Assembly (NCBI RefSeq): GCF_000426485.1
Contig: NZ_KE384530.1
Coordinates: forward strand, 136,829 to 168,828
Length of the DNA: 32,000 nucleotides
Direction: 5' to 3'
DNA from: Dysgonomonas capnocytophagoides DSM 22835
GTDB lineage: Bacteria > Bacteroidota > Bacteroidia > Bacteroidales > Dysgonomonadaceae
This document shows, one piece after another, positions 22,713-32,000 of this stretch; position 1 is the stretch's first letter; every line of letters starts with the position of its first letter. Position numbers and translations under genes: made by a program. The notes beneath the pieces were generated by a model. It was given only the letters and a program-made list of their open reading frames with translations, was not told the origin of the DNA and did no database searches.

Positions 22713-22775
22713 ATTAGTAATGAGAATCAATAGTTGCAAATCGGCCAATTTCATTGATTCGGCTACTGATTAATA

Positions 22776-25481
22776 TCAATCATCGATGTTACATTCAAAC
22801 GTGTGATTTCCTGATCCGACCTTATGAATTTTCTTATTCGGAAGTATAATCGTTGCACCGGTGTTGACCGGAATCTCTGCTTTTAATATAAACTTGTTAT
22901 TCTCTCTGGTCCAATCTACTTTTATATCTCCGTACAGATTACGGTGATGAGCTTTTACCCAGGTGAGGTCTCCTACCGGTGTCGGCTCTATTATAACATC
23001 TTTAAAGCCGAAAGCTGCAGGCTTTATTCCGGCCAGAGTTCCGAAAAACCATTCGTCTATCTGACCCATCATAAAGTGATTCCATGAAGCTCCCTTACGT
23101 GGATCCCATTGCTCGGTGAGTGTAGTTGCTCCGAACTTTAATTGAAAACCGTATCCCGGAGCATCCTCGTGGTTATGCATCAGATACATCAATTCGTTCT
23201 CGCCGTTCAGGGCTAGTGCCTGAAACAGATAACGGTTTCCAACATCTCCTGTTGTCAAACGGTTTCCGTATTTCGCGATATCGGATTTCAGATTGTTTAA
23301 GACGTCTTGTTTATATTTCGGGTCAACCAGATTCATGTAAATGGCAATCGCGTTGCAAAACTGGCTTCCCGATCCGTATTGACGGCTGTCCGGATGGAAA
23401 AATCTTTCATTGAACGCCGATTTTATATCATCCGCTAATTTAGAATAGCTTTTCTCATCTTGCGATTTGTTCAGCATCTTGGCAGCTTCTGCAACCAGAT
23501 GTGCCGCATAGTAATAATGTGCAGTAGCCGATACTTCTACAGGACTATTTTTTGAGAAACCTGCGCGATGCTCACCATAGTCGTACCAGTCACCCAGTCC
23601 ATGAGAGACAATGTGGTCTGTTGCCCGTGATGTCATGTGGTTTACATACCCCTTCATTGTATTATAATATTCCCTGATCAGGGTATCGTCTCCGTAAAAT
23701 TTGTAATGCAGCCACGGGATCATGATTGATGCTATCCCCCATTCCGGAGAATCGTGGAAAACGTCAAGACTTTCATCAAATACGACGTATTCAGGCACGA
23801 TTGTAGGAACAAACCCATTCTCGTTTTGCCTGTCTGCGATATCCCGCATTATTTTAGGGTAGAATTGGGTCAGATCCCAGTTGTAGAGCAGGCAAGGCCC
23901 CATCAGGTGGGTTTCCTCCAGCCATCCGAGTTTCTCCCGATGCGGGCAATCCATAAACACTGATTGCATATTGCTCTTAACGGCATTCTTTATTAAGATA
24001 TGGGCTTTGTTGAATATCTCATTCGAGCACTCAAAACTACCGACTTCGTCTGTAGAATTATAGATAAAATCCGATTGTATACCTATTACAGACGGTTTAT
24101 CGTCAGACATATTCAATATCTCGGCTCCATCGATCTGAATGTACCTGAAACCATAGAATGAAAATTGAGGATGCCATTCTTCAATCCCTTCTCCTTTCAA
24201 TGTATAAGTGTAAAAATGAGGGCTGCCCGATTGTTTCTGTGACACCTTTCCGGTTTGCTCGTTCAGTTGTTCCCCCACGGTAAGTTTTACCGATTGACCT
24301 TTTTTCCCTATAACCTTTATCGCTGGAAATCCGGCGAGATTCTGTCCCATATCCAAAACGTAACTGCTGTCTATCTTCGATACTTTCTGAGCCGAAAAAT
24401 GTTCACGTATACGTACACCAGTCAATTCTTGCGGGCGAAGAATGCCTTTTGGAGCGCCTTGTTCTACAACCTGTTTCCATTTTGAAGAATCAAATCCGGG
24501 CAAATTCCATCCTTCCTGCTCGCAACGGGCATCGTAGTCTTCCCCTCCGTAAATATCGTTATATACGGTAGGGCTTATATCGTATTTCCAGGTCGTGTCC
24601 GAATTAATAATATCCGAAGTTCCGTCTGTGTAATCAATTTGCATTTCGGTGAATAGGGTAGGCGGGCCGAAAGTTACCCACAGTTTACGGTAACGGTTTC
24701 CCATTGCGTTATAAAATCCGTTTCCCAGAACGACACCTATAGAGTTTAGTCCGTTTTGTAATAATGAGTCGACTTTGTAAGTATTGTAATAAACGGTTTT
24801 ATCATAGTCGCTCCATACCGGAGTAAATATGTCTTTACTGACTTCTTGTCCATTTATTGACAGGTTGTAATGTCCTAATCCCGATATATGTATGATGGCT
24901 CTTTTGATTTGTTTTTCTATTCTGAATTCTTTCCTGAGCATGATGCTGCGTAGAGCCAAAGTGTCGACCTTATCGTAAATCTGTTTGTATTCTTTGTTCT
25001 TGAAGGGAGGTCCGTGAAAATCCCTTCGTCCAATCGGTAAGTTAGACTGTTCCCGGGGTATTGCTCCAATCCATTTTGATCGGCTGGCAGAAAAGTTGGG
25101 TGCTATCTCGAAAAAGGATGTTTTACTTTCTGAAGCGTTCCCTTTAGAGTCCCAAATTTTGACATTCCATGTATATGTCTGATCCGATTTTAATGTCTTT
25201 CCTCTGTAAATAACCATCTGGCTTCTTCCTGATTTTACCTTTCCCGAATTCCATATTTCACCCGATTCGGATCTTACGATAATTTGATAAGCAGTCTGAT
25301 AATCTCCCTGATTTGCTGATATTAATTTCCACCCGAAGCGAGGAGATTGTACGTTGACGGCCAACGGAGTTCTCATCATTTCACATGTGAGGTCGTATAC
25401 TTCCACTGAAAACGAATGGAGAGCAAATTGAAGTAAAATAAATAGTAAGGTCAACGACCTTTTTATCGAGTTTGTATACAT
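22776..25481 (-). CDS. Alpha-L-rhamnosidase, glycoside hydrolase family 78
   Basis: 901 aa with a signal peptide. It has the N-terminal rhamnosidase beta-sandwich pattern (SPRFGWKL.., YTWNVKIWD) and (alpha/alpha)6 catalytic domain motifs (MDCPHREKLGWLE, SPEWG.A). Confidence 0.9.
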   Translation of the reverse strand: MYTNSIKRSLTLLFILLQFALHSFSVEVYDLTCEMMRTPLAVNVQSPRFGWKLISANQGDYQTAYQIIVRSESGEIWNSGKVKSGRSQMVIYRGKTLKSDQTYTWNVKIWDSKGNASESKTSFFEIAPNFSASRSKWIGAIPREQSNLPIGRRDFHGPPFKNKEYKQIYDKVDTLALRSIMLRKEFRIEKQIKRAIIHISGLGHYNLSINGQEVSKDIFTPVWSDYDKTVYYNTYKVDSLLQNGLNSIGVVLGNGFYNAMGNRYRKLWVTFGPPTLFTEMQIDYTDGTSDIINSDTTWKYDISPTVYNDIYGGEDYDARCEQEGWNLPGFDSSKWKQVVEQGAPKGILRPQELTGVRIREHFSAQKVSKIDSSYVLDMGQNLAGFPAIKVIGKKGQSVKLTVGEQLNEQTGKVSQKQSGSPHFYTYTLKGEGIEEWHPQFSFYGFRYIQIDGAEILNMSDDKPSVIGIQSDFIYNSTDEVGSFECSNEIFNKAHILIKNAVKSNMQSVFMDCPHREKLGWLEETHLMGPCLLYNWDLTQFYPKIMRDIADRQNENGFVPTIVPEYVVFDESLDVFHDSPEWGIASIMIPWLHYKFYGDDTLIREYYNTMKGYVNHMTSRATDHIVSHGLGDWYDYGEHRAGFSKNSPVEVSATAHYYYAAHLVAEAAKMLNKSQDEKSYSKLADDIKSAFNERFFHPDSRQYGSGSQFCNAIAIYMNLVDPKYKQDVLNNLKSDIAKYGNRLTTGDVGNRYLFQALALNGENELMYLMHNHEDAPGYGFQLKFGATTLTEQWDPRKGASWNHFMMGQIDEWFFGTLAGIKPAAFGFKDVIIEPTPVGDLTWVKAHHRNLYGDIKVDWTRENNKFILKAEIPVNTGATIILPNKKIHKVGSGNHTFECNIDD

Positions 25482-25531
25482 AAAATAGCAAAGTTGATTA
25501 TTGTTTTAAGTAACAGTAAGTATTTAATGTC

Positions 25532-28500
25532 TTATTTCCTGTATTCTGTTATTGTTACATTACCTACTAACCCGCTTTTTACCAATTTCTTTTCGGGTAA
25601 ACGATAACGGGCATTTGTCCAGATTTTTTTCTTCTCATCTTTTTCTATACCGAAATCTTCATCTCCCATTATACGGTTTGCCCAAGTATTTGCAACAGTT
25701 ATTTCGATATGATTTGTTCCTTCTTTCAGAGCCTTAGTTATGTCTAGTGAATAAGGCTTAGTCCATATTATTCCGCAAGATATTCCATTTACTTTAACTT
25801 CAGCTAAGTCGTATACAGCACCAAAATTTATGGTGTATTTACTGTCTTTCTGTAGCGATACCGTAAACGTATTTTTATATACAGCCTCGCCTGAATAATA
25901 CTTGATGCTATCATTCGTGTTTTCAGACCAATCGGTGAGAGTCTTAAATTCAACCGCATTCTTTATACCCCTTTTAGTAGTATCGAATTGTACCGACCAA
26001 GGAGAATTAACTAAGATACTTTCTGTTTTGCGATATGCCACTGATTTATTCTCTGTTTTATCGGTCGGTGTTTGAAGGACTACGAAAACAGATTCGTTTT
26101 CATCCAAATCCAGATTAAAGACAGTTCTATTGTCTTTAATCTCCCAACTAACATCTGAGTTAATTTCGGCTGTTACAGGATTCCAAAGTTCGATGTTGCG
26201 TCCATATTCTCGTAGCGATATAGATACATTTCTCTTTTCCGCTTTCTGGTTCGATATAAAATATATATCGGCATTACTTCCTTTTCGATGAGTGAAGGCA
26301 ATGTCTTTAGCATACTGATTGTTTTCGATAGCAATAAAGTCTCGAGCCACTCCCAGATTATCAAGCGTTTCATTGGTATAAGGCAATGCTATGGTTTTGT
26401 TTTTAACAAAGTTGTCCCAAACTAAATTTGTTACATTATTATTTATTCCTGTTGTTTTATCGGGCAATTCGTTTATCATGACCTTACATCCTGATTTTAC
26501 CAACTCAGCAATTTTATTTGCAACCTCTTGAGACATATAATCGGCATCGGGTTGCATAGGATGTTTTCCGGGGATCACTAATACATCGTATTTTAGTCCA
26601 TCGGGAAGAACTATTTTTCCTTCTTTAGCTGTTGCCAAACGAATCAGAGCATCTGCATTGAAACTGTCGTAATGATAACCTCTCAACGCATTTACCCATT
26701 GCGATGCGTCTGTAATGTTAGAAGAATGATTTACACCTACGGGCATCTGATGCGAGGGAGTACCTACATTTGCCAATCTGATTTTTTCGGCTTCCACTTT
26801 TTCTTCACCGAATAATCCTGGCAGAAATGGTACTAGTCTATCAGGAAGAATGGCTCTTCGAGGCAGCTCTTCTCCAGTAAATACAGCTATATTTACCACC
26901 GGTTTTCCATATTGAAGCAGGGCATGGCAACGAGTGGCATAGTCGACCCATGCACGTCCCAGATTCCACCATGTCTGATCTCGTTGAAAATAAAAACCGA
27001 TACCATCTAGTGTCATTCCCGGTTTTCTGTCCAACCATGGATTATGTACATATACATGATAGCTTAGTTTGTTGATCCCCAAAGCATATTCCCGATCTTG
27101 TAGGCTTTTCACCATGGCAGGAGTTTCATTCCACATGGTTCGAAGTTGAGTAAATGATTCTGCCTGAATAATATTTTTACCATAGATATGAGCGCCTGAT
27201 ACAGCGTCTAATACATCATTGGGTTTATCGTGAGTGGGACTTTGCAGCCAAAACTCGTTCATGGGTATATCTACATGCTGATAATGCAGCATACCATCGC
27301 TGAGCATGGTTGGCGAAACATTTTCGGCACTGAATTGAATACCTCTTTCATTAACCATTATTTTCAGTTCCTTATAGAATTTATCGACAACAAGTTCTGA
27401 TATGGTTTGGCGGACATCATGCAGTAGTCTTTCCGAAAAGTCAGCACTATTGATCGGTATTCCAGCCATCACGGGTAGATAAGTTACCAGATCATAGCCC
27501 CGTCTTTTCTTAAATTCTTCCTGAAATACAGGTGACCAATTCTGACTTCCGCACTCCCAACTGTCAACATGAAATACTTTAACTACACGCGATGCTAGAT
27601 CTTTTCCGGCAACATCCAATGCTTTGCCGAACCATGAACTGAATTGTAACCGTATTGCTTCGGGATTGAATTTATCGCTTTCCAATCCGGAACCTTTGCC
27701 ACCTGTAGCATTGGTATGCCCTGTAGAAGTATGCCCCATACGAAGTATAGTCCAATTGCCTTTGGGTGCTTTCCAATTCAGCTTTCCGTTGTTATCTGCA
27801 AATTGTGTTATGTCTATCAAGTATTTTTGGTTAATAGAAAGAGAATTAGGTATTTGATTATCGGTTGTACGAGCACTTACCCTCCATACCGATCCGTTTT
27901 TACCTTCAAATTGATTGATCCGTGCATCCGAAGACAACCGTATACCTTTTATCTTTAAAGATTGTTTCCATTTGGCAGCATCCAAGTCTTCGGATCCCGG
28001 TTCAGATCCTTCCTTGTCGTAAACGAAACGAAAATATCGGGCAGTAGTTTCAGGTACGCTGTGAGTCATTGCAAAATCTTGATTCTGCCACCCTTGTCGT
28101 GGAGGTGTGAGTTGAATGATCTTTCTAAAATGAATACCGTCATCGCTCGATTCAATCGTTAAGCGTTGTGACTGAAAGTTATTTCCCGATGCTATTACCT
28201 GTATAGTTCGGCAGGTAAAAGGGTTCTCGAATGTATACTGAATCCAACAAGAAGACTCGCTTCTGAAGTTTTCTTCATTCTTTTCGATTGCCAAAAATTG
28301 AGCATCAGTATTTGGAATACTTGTCGATACCTTTGGCTTTATATCATACGATGATACATTTTCTCCCTTCGGAGTAGGATAGGCAAAAATAGCAATGTCT
28401 TTATAATATCCTTTATAGCTTTCGGGTTGAGGGAGGGTAATGTCTATTTGTTTTCCTCCGCTTACCTGAGTGCTTTTCCATACTACTTTTTGCATCGATA

Positions 28501-28897
28501 GTTCAGGAGTTATCCAAGGACCTCCGGCTAATGCAAATCCGTCGCAAATATGAAATCCTATTTCAAGACCCAATCTATTGGCTTCGGTAAAGGCATGTTT
28601 AACCATCTCCCACCAAAGTGGACTTAGTTGCTCCACACTCGGAGTGAGCCAAGGTTTTTCGGGTACTCCTTTTATCGGCATCAGATAAGCACCGGCAATA
28701 CCGTTTTGCTTCATGGCTTCGAGGTCGGCGGTAATTCCTTCTTTCGATACTGCTCCCTGCATCCAGTACCAGAATACCCATGGCTTAGCATCTTTTGGAG
28801 GAGCAGACCATAGCTGTTTAATATCGCCAGCCATACTATTGAATATAATTGATAGTAATAAGCTGAAGAGTATAATATGTCTTTTTACAAAAATCAT
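25532..28897 (-). CDS. Large glycoside hydrolase, GH106-like (putative alpha-L-rhamnosidase) with C-terminal GH2-type sugar-binding jellyroll
   Basis: 1121 aa with a signal peptide. The N-terminus PWVFWYWMQGAVSKEGITADLEAMKQNGIAGAYLM matches my memory of GH106-type Bacteroides enzymes. The C-terminus (YSGEAVY..VKVNG...ITVANTWANR) looks like a galactose-binding-like domain. The family call is from memory, not from a search. Confidence 0.6.
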   Translation of the reverse strand: MIFVKRHIILFSLLLSIIFNSMAGDIKQLWSAPPKDAKPWVFWYWMQGAVSKEGITADLEAMKQNGIAGAYLMPIKGVPEKPWLTPSVEQLSPLWWEMVKHAFTEANRLGLEIGFHICDGFALAGGPWITPELSMQKVVWKSTQVSGGKQIDITLPQPESYKGYYKDIAIFAYPTPKGENVSSYDIKPKVSTSIPNTDAQFLAIEKNEENFRSESSCWIQYTFENPFTCRTIQVIASGNNFQSQRLTIESSDDGIHFRKIIQLTPPRQGWQNQDFAMTHSVPETTARYFRFVYDKEGSEPGSEDLDAAKWKQSLKIKGIRLSSDARINQFEGKNGSVWRVSARTTDNQIPNSLSINQKYLIDITQFADNNGKLNWKAPKGNWTILRMGHTSTGHTNATGGKGSGLESDKFNPEAIRLQFSSWFGKALDVAGKDLASRVVKVFHVDSWECGSQNWSPVFQEEFKKRRGYDLVTYLPVMAGIPINSADFSERLLHDVRQTISELVVDKFYKELKIMVNERGIQFSAENVSPTMLSDGMLHYQHVDIPMNEFWLQSPTHDKPNDVLDAVSGAHIYGKNIIQAESFTQLRTMWNETPAMVKSLQDREYALGINKLSYHVYVHNPWLDRKPGMTLDGIGFYFQRDQTWWNLGRAWVDYATRCHALLQYGKPVVNIAVFTGEELPRRAILPDRLVPFLPGLFGEEKVEAEKIRLANVGTPSHQMPVGVNHSSNITDASQWVNALRGYHYDSFNADALIRLATAKEGKIVLPDGLKYDVLVIPGKHPMQPDADYMSQEVANKIAELVKSGCKVMINELPDKTTGINNNVTNLVWDNFVKNKTIALPYTNETLDNLGVARDFIAIENNQYAKDIAFTHRKGSNADIYFISNQKAEKRNVSISLREYGRNIELWNPVTAEINSDVSWEIKDNRTVFNLDLDENESVFVVLQTPTDKTENKSVAYRKTESILVNSPWSVQFDTTKRGIKNAVEFKTLTDWSENTNDSIKYYSGEAVYKNTFTVSLQKDSKYTINFGAVYDLAEVKVNGISCGIIWTKPYSLDITKALKEGTNHIEITVANTWANRIMGDEDFGIEKDEKKKIWTNARYRLPEKKLVKSGLVGNVTITEYRK

Positions 28898-28909
28898 AAT
28901 TGATAAAAC

Positions 28910-31777
28910 TTACTTAGTATTAAAGTTCAAACGAATACTTCCTCTGTGAAATCCTTCCGACCATTGAGCTTGGGATGAGGGGCCAACCAAGTCGGTCGAA
29001 TTAACTTTGTTTCTTACGGCAGGGATAACTTCCAACATGGCAATACCACTCTGAGGGATTGTGTAAAGCAATGCATCACGTCCGTCACGAGGGGTATATA
29101 CGCCCAGATATTTACTTCCCGAGACATTGCCGATATTAATTGTACCTTCGGTTGTTTTCAGTGAAAGCCATTTCCAGTTATTAAAATATCCTTTGAACTC
29201 GGGATATATAAATGTTTCTCCGGGAATAGGGTCGTTGTAATCGTTTTCCCATATACCGAAGTTGGTTCCATGAATACGGTTTTGCCAAACACGGTAAGGT
29301 CCTTCGCCCAACCATTGTTTAGATACTACCTGATTTTCGGGATAGTCGAACATAACGCCCATCAATTCAACTGTGCCGTCGTACTGATAAGCGTAATCGA
29401 GTAGTATTTCACCATTCGATTGAATAGTCCATTTCGCCTGACGCATATTACCGAAATAATCGGCTGTAACAACTATACTGTCTGTATATGATTTGAAATT
29501 GAACGAAGTAAGTTTGCTCTCGCCCGAAATATCATTGTAAATACGTTCTTTACTGCGAGCTTCGTTATCATCGTGATTATAATATACATCCATAGAACGG
29601 TCGCCCCTGCGAGCAGCTATAAAACGAGGTCCTTTTTCGAAAGCGATACTCTTTTCGTTTTCTTGAACAGAACTTAGTAAACCTGTCGATTTATCGAAAG
29701 TAAGTGTTGTGTTACCAGCTGATACTTGTAAGGTTTTATCGTTGTCTTGAGTAGAAAGTTTTCCCCTTTTATCGGCAAAGGGATAATATTCCGATGATTG
29801 TTTCCAATCCCAGTCCCAAGTCCATAACTCTTCATTGTCTTTTCCGTAAGCAGTAAGATATAATGCATCGGCATTTCTCCAATTCTGAGGAAGATTGATT
29901 TTTAATGTTCCGGCAGAATGCGGAGCAATATCTGTTCCGTTAACTTCACCTTGATTGAGAATTTTTTCTTCACCTTTGAGCGATTTTAAAACCCATTTGA
30001 ATTTGCAATCTTTCAGATTAGTAAAGTCGTATCTGTTTTCGATATTGAATGTTCCGTCAAAGTTGTCGGGGAGCGATGTATTCATCACCTGCACAGGCGA
30101 CCATATTTGTTTTACAGTATAGAAACTTCCTTCACGTTCGTGATGGGGACCTACAATACCATCTGCACCATAGTTGCCTACATTGTCGATACGTCCATCC
30201 TGATCAGTACGCATAACACCTTCGTCTGCCAATACCCAAAGAAAACCTCCTGCACAACGAGGATGCTTGCACATCATTTCCCAATAATCCCAAAGACCGG
30301 CTCCGTGACCGCCATCGTATAATCCATGTAAAAATTCGGTAGGCATAAATATTTCAGGCTTACGCATATATTCCTGACTTTCGCCATACGAACGATAGTG
30401 CATCGTTTCGAATCCTCCGAAGTTTTTCTGAGGGTGAAGTACAGGTCTTTTCTGAGGATCGAGTGGGGCAAATTCTTTATCTATTTCGAGATTATGACCA
30501 CCTTCGTTTCCGTTCGACCACCATGTAACTGATGGATGATTAACGTCGCGTTTGACCATCTCGTGTACTAATTTAGCACCCACATTGCTGTCGTATTTAC
30601 CGTGCCATCCGGCAAGTTCTACCATCACATATAATCCGAGTTCGTCACAAGTATCCAAGAATTCGGGATCGGAAGGATAATGAGATAGACGAACGGCATT
30701 CATGTTCATTTCTTTGATGAGTTTTACATCATCATAATTATTTTTTTTGCTGAGAGTACGTCCTGTTTCGGGGCGGAAACTGTGGCGATTTACACCTTTT
30801 ATCATTACTCGTTGTCCGTTGACGTACAATCCGTCACTTGGCCGAACTTCGATAGTACGGAATCCGATTCGTTCTTTTACTATGTGTTTTACTTTACCGT
30901 TATCTGTTAATGTAAATTGGACATAATATAAATTAGGTGTTTCGGGAGTCCACGTTTTTATGTTATTGAATTTACCCGAAACGGCAACCTTGTCCGATCC
31001 GTTTTTTACAGGAGTTTCGATGCTCTGACCAAGTGGTTTTCCCTCTTTGTCTAATAGTTGAGCTGTAACTTTAGCGCTATTACTCATAGCTGCACCTAAG
31101 AAAATATCAGCATAGAAACTTCCATCGGCTTTGGCATCGATAGCTGTACGATCTATATTGAATGCTGGCAAAGCTTCTATAAACACCGGGCGAAATATCC
31201 CCCCGAAATTCCAGTAATCGGCTCTGCGTTCAGCCATGTTTACACTAGGGTTCGACGATTCTTTGCTAACCGTCATTTCCAACACATTTTCTTTATCGCC
31301 GAAGTTGATTCGGTCGCTGACATCGCTTTTAAAACGATAGAATGCACCTTGATGCAAGTAACCGCAACGGCGTCCGTTTATTTCGGCTGTAACATCTGTC
31401 ATAACACCATCGAAAACGATGCGGACAGTTCTGCCTTCCCACTCCTTGGGTAGTTTAAATTTATATTTGTATTTACCCTGCTCTTTGGCTATCCCTGCAG
31501 GGTATTCTTTTCCATAAAAAGGCATACCGTACTGATATGTGCCGAATCCTTGCAGTTCCCAGCAAGAAGGAACAGGTATGGTTGTCCACTTACCGCTGTT
31601 GCGTCCATCAGTGCAGTAAAATTCCCAGTCGACAGTATTATCTGATCCCGTACCCGATAAGTATTGAATACCTGTTTCGGTTTCGCTCTGTTTTTTTGTT
31701 TGTGCAGTTAGGTTGAACGATAATATACAACTTAGTGCAATAGATAGTATAGATATATATTTTGTAGTTTTCATCAT
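28910..31777 (-). CDS. Glycoside hydrolase family 2 (beta-galactosidase/beta-glucuronidase type)
   Basis: 955 aa with a signal peptide. It has the GH2 sugar-binding domain, the TIM barrel (NAVRLSHYP...ELGLYVMVE), the acid/base WSNGNEGG, and a C-terminal domain 5 pattern (GEGPYRVWQNR). Only a 12-bp gap separates it from the downstream gene. Confidence 0.85.
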   Translation of the reverse strand: MMKTTKYISILSIALSCILSFNLTAQTKKQSETETGIQYLSGTGSDNTVDWEFYCTDGRNSGKWTTIPVPSCWELQGFGTYQYGMPFYGKEYPAGIAKEQGKYKYKFKLPKEWEGRTVRIVFDGVMTDVTAEINGRRCGYLHQGAFYRFKSDVSDRINFGDKENVLEMTVSKESSNPSVNMAERRADYWNFGGIFRPVFIEALPAFNIDRTAIDAKADGSFYADIFLGAAMSNSAKVTAQLLDKEGKPLGQSIETPVKNGSDKVAVSGKFNNIKTWTPETPNLYYVQFTLTDNGKVKHIVKERIGFRTIEVRPSDGLYVNGQRVMIKGVNRHSFRPETGRTLSKKNNYDDVKLIKEMNMNAVRLSHYPSDPEFLDTCDELGLYVMVELAGWHGKYDSNVGAKLVHEMVKRDVNHPSVTWWSNGNEGGHNLEIDKEFAPLDPQKRPVLHPQKNFGGFETMHYRSYGESQEYMRKPEIFMPTEFLHGLYDGGHGAGLWDYWEMMCKHPRCAGGFLWVLADEGVMRTDQDGRIDNVGNYGADGIVGPHHEREGSFYTVKQIWSPVQVMNTSLPDNFDGTFNIENRYDFTNLKDCKFKWVLKSLKGEEKILNQGEVNGTDIAPHSAGTLKINLPQNWRNADALYLTAYGKDNEELWTWDWDWKQSSEYYPFADKRGKLSTQDNDKTLQVSAGNTTLTFDKSTGLLSSVQENEKSIAFEKGPRFIAARRGDRSMDVYYNHDDNEARSKERIYNDISGESKLTSFNFKSYTDSIVVTADYFGNMRQAKWTIQSNGEILLDYAYQYDGTVELMGVMFDYPENQVVSKQWLGEGPYRVWQNRIHGTNFGIWENDYNDPIPGETFIYPEFKGYFNNWKWLSLKTTEGTINIGNVSGSKYLGVYTPRDGRDALLYTIPQSGIAMLEVIPAVRNKVNSTDLVGPSSQAQWSEGFHRGSIRLNFNTK

Positions 31778-32000
31778 TTATTTTCAGGTTTAATGCTAAT
31801 ATTCAGATTGTAAGTCCTTTTTTCGATTGCATATTTTTTCAATACACCAGGTCCGCAGCTGCTGTTACCCAATCCGAGCATAATAGCATCGAGCGATAGT
31901 ATAGTTTCTTTACGAGGTTTCAGTAAATAAGCATGGCTTGCATTGTCGAAATCGCTTGCCGTGAAATGCAATGCAGATGCAGACATCAAACCCGAAGTGC
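31774..32000 (-). CDS. C-terminal fragment of a second GH2-type enzyme (beta-galactosidase small-chain/domain 5 like); gene runs off the right edge
   Basis: The frame stays open to the window edge upstream of the track start (..TSGLMSASALHF..). The tail HFTASDFDNASHAYLLKP..LSLDAIMLGLGNSSCGPGVL..Y resembles the LacZ C-terminus (FNISRYSQ..HLLH..LNIDGFHMGIGGDDSW). The stop overlaps the next gene's start (ATGA at 31774-31777). Confidence 0.6.
   Translation of the reverse strand, partial: TSGLMSASALHFTASDFDNASHAYLLKPRKETILSLDAIMLGLGNSSCGPGVLKKYAIEKRTYNLNISIKPENK

Noticed and set aside
22724-22760. Hairpin GAATCAAT-N21-ATTGATTC just after the GH78 stop
   Set aside because: It is an 8-bp AT-rich stem with a 21-nt loop and no U-tract. 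The adjacent bidirectional terminator (22673-22712) explains termination, so I did not call this separately.
1-32000. Search for CRISPR arrays, IS elements, integrases, tRNA/rRNA genes, and toxin-antitoxin or defence-like gene pairs
   Set aside because: I found no spaced repeat arrays, no transposase- or recombinase-like ORFs, no cloverleaf or rRNA signatures, and no small paired ORFs with such features. The window appears to be stable core chromosome plus a glycan-utilization operon.

Overview
This is a low-GC Bacteroidota (Bacteroidales-like) chromosomal window. That assignment rests on gene content and synteny, TAnnTTTG promoter boxes, and near-absence of Shine-Dalgarno sites. I call 24 protein-coding genes, 2 of them truncated by the window edges. 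I found no rRNA, tRNA, CRISPR array, transposase or integrase. From 1 to 18.3 kb the content is core housekeeping, almost all on the minus strand: mutL (5' fragment); an OstA/LptD-N-like protein plus three SurA/PpiC-type periplasmic chaperone genes; a MATE exporter (+) convergent with mtgA; an OprO/P-type porin; cdsA, ftsH and rsfS; a CCA-adding enzyme; a lipoprotein (+); and miaA. From 18.5 to 22.6 kb (+ strand) there is a block that looks like redox/electrophile stress response: a doxX-yceI-NAD(P)H quinone reductase operon, an orphan 152-aa protein, an aldehyde/succinate-semialdehyde dehydrogenase, and an HxlR-family regulator. From 22.8 to 32 kb (minus strand) there is a glycoside hydrolase operon (GH2-type fragment, GH2, GH106-like, GH78) typical of rhamnose-containing pectin breakdown. 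I do not see a convincing new multi-gene system; nothing looks defence-, toxin- or secretion-like. What the gene list leaves unexplained is non-coding or small. (i) A recurrent palindrome AAGGYCKCAGACC(T)n sits 4-48 nt upstream of the start codons of several minus-strand housekeeping genes. (ii) Two loci, upstream of the MATE gene and of rsfS, share the same architecture of two tandem-9-mer TGTNACYTT boxes 108-125 bp apart, inside unusually long ORF-free gaps (654 and 559 bp). (iii) A 36-bp near-perfect palindrome is wedged between two promoter boxes of miaA. (iv) Two genes carry textbook AGGAGG/GGAGG ribosome-binding sites in a window that otherwise lacks them; one is the orphan 152-aa protein, which reads like a collapsed Ppx/GppA fold. 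All functional interpretations come from reading the sequence only; no searches or folding programs were run.
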